Below, piece after piece: positions 42,396-42,659 of a DNA stretch of 42,659 nucleotides (position 1 is its first letter; each line of letters starts with the position of its first letter). Source of the DNA: an uncultured Lentisphaerales bacterium (GTDB lineage Bacteria > Verrucomicrobiota > Kiritimatiellia > RFP12 > UBA3636); NCBI GenBank assembly GCA_964618405.1, contig CAZUAY010000001.1, positions 1 to 42,659 of the forward strand. The letters are read 5' to 3'. The notes beneath the pieces are model-generated. The model did not search any database and was not told the DNA's origin. It saw only the letters and a list, made by a program, of their open reading frames with translations. The translations under genes and the position numbers were made by a program.

Positions 42396-42507
42396 TTTCT
42401 TTTTCACCCCTTGTCTATCAGATGCCGTTGTGGTAATATTCGTGACTCGTCTGGTACTAGGTTCTGGCCTATCCTTTGCGCCAAGGCTCCAAACAGGAAC
42501 GCACATC

Positions 42508-42659
42508 ATGATCAACTTTAACAAATCTAAAGATTTTTACCGCTTAGCGTTTGCGGTATGTTTTGTATTGGCGCTCATTTCAAGTTCGTTTATCGGTGCT
42601 GCACAGGGAGCGATTCCCGATGCGGTTCCTGTGTTTCCGACGGCCGCTTTTAGCCAATT
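42508..42659 (+). CDS. Partial CDS (5' end only): secreted protein with a signal peptide
   Basis: ATG at 42508, open to the window edge. It reads MINFNKSKDFYRLAFAVCFVLALISSSFIGAAQG..., which looks like a Sec signal peptide. Confidence 0.45.
   Translation, partial: MINFNKSKDFYRLAFAVCFVLALISSSFIGAAQGAIPDAVPVFPTAAFSQ

Overview
This 42.7 kb window is moderately GC-rich and gene-dense. It most likely comes from a member of the PVC superphylum, probably Verrucomicrobiota. The evidence for that is an LL-diaminopimelate aminotransferase (dapL), adjacent dksA-like and lspA genes, and a five-gene Amuc_1102-to-Amuc_1098-type pilus-like/secretin cluster. I did not see any rRNA, tRNA or CRISPR array.

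Most genes are housekeeping: metG, lspA, malic enzyme, a PurH-like AICAR transformylase, a MATE exporter, dapL, folD, an aminotransferase, tkt, comM/yifB, tex, rpoN and alr.

Features that stand out:
1. A family of mosaic intergenic repeats at five loci (1-300, 13938-14372, 30864-30896, 37946-38070, 41986-42395). They are built from 7-bp and 12-bp periodic words, small GC hairpins and a 47-bp conserved module. The modules are reused in different order and orientation.
2. A RAYT-type HUH/Y1 transposase with an unexplained C-terminal domain of about 150 aa. It sits inside its own local REP-like repeat array and is bracketed by a 44-bp direct repeat.
3. An AT-rich type II restriction-modification pair (C5-MTase plus a two-domain MvaI/BcnI-like nuclease) inserted into a housekeeping operon.
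4. A DksA/TraR zinc-finger protein with a histone-H1-like lysine-rich N-terminus of about 200 aa.
5. A small protein that resembles plant Whirly ssDNA-binding proteins.
6. A pilus-like cluster that has no pilin or ATPase gene in this window. Its giant secretin carries ten in-frame 30-bp repeats and a C8/poly-Pro tract.
7. An MFS transporter fused to a HEAT-repeat domain.

All functional calls come from reading motifs in the supplied translations. No database searches were run.
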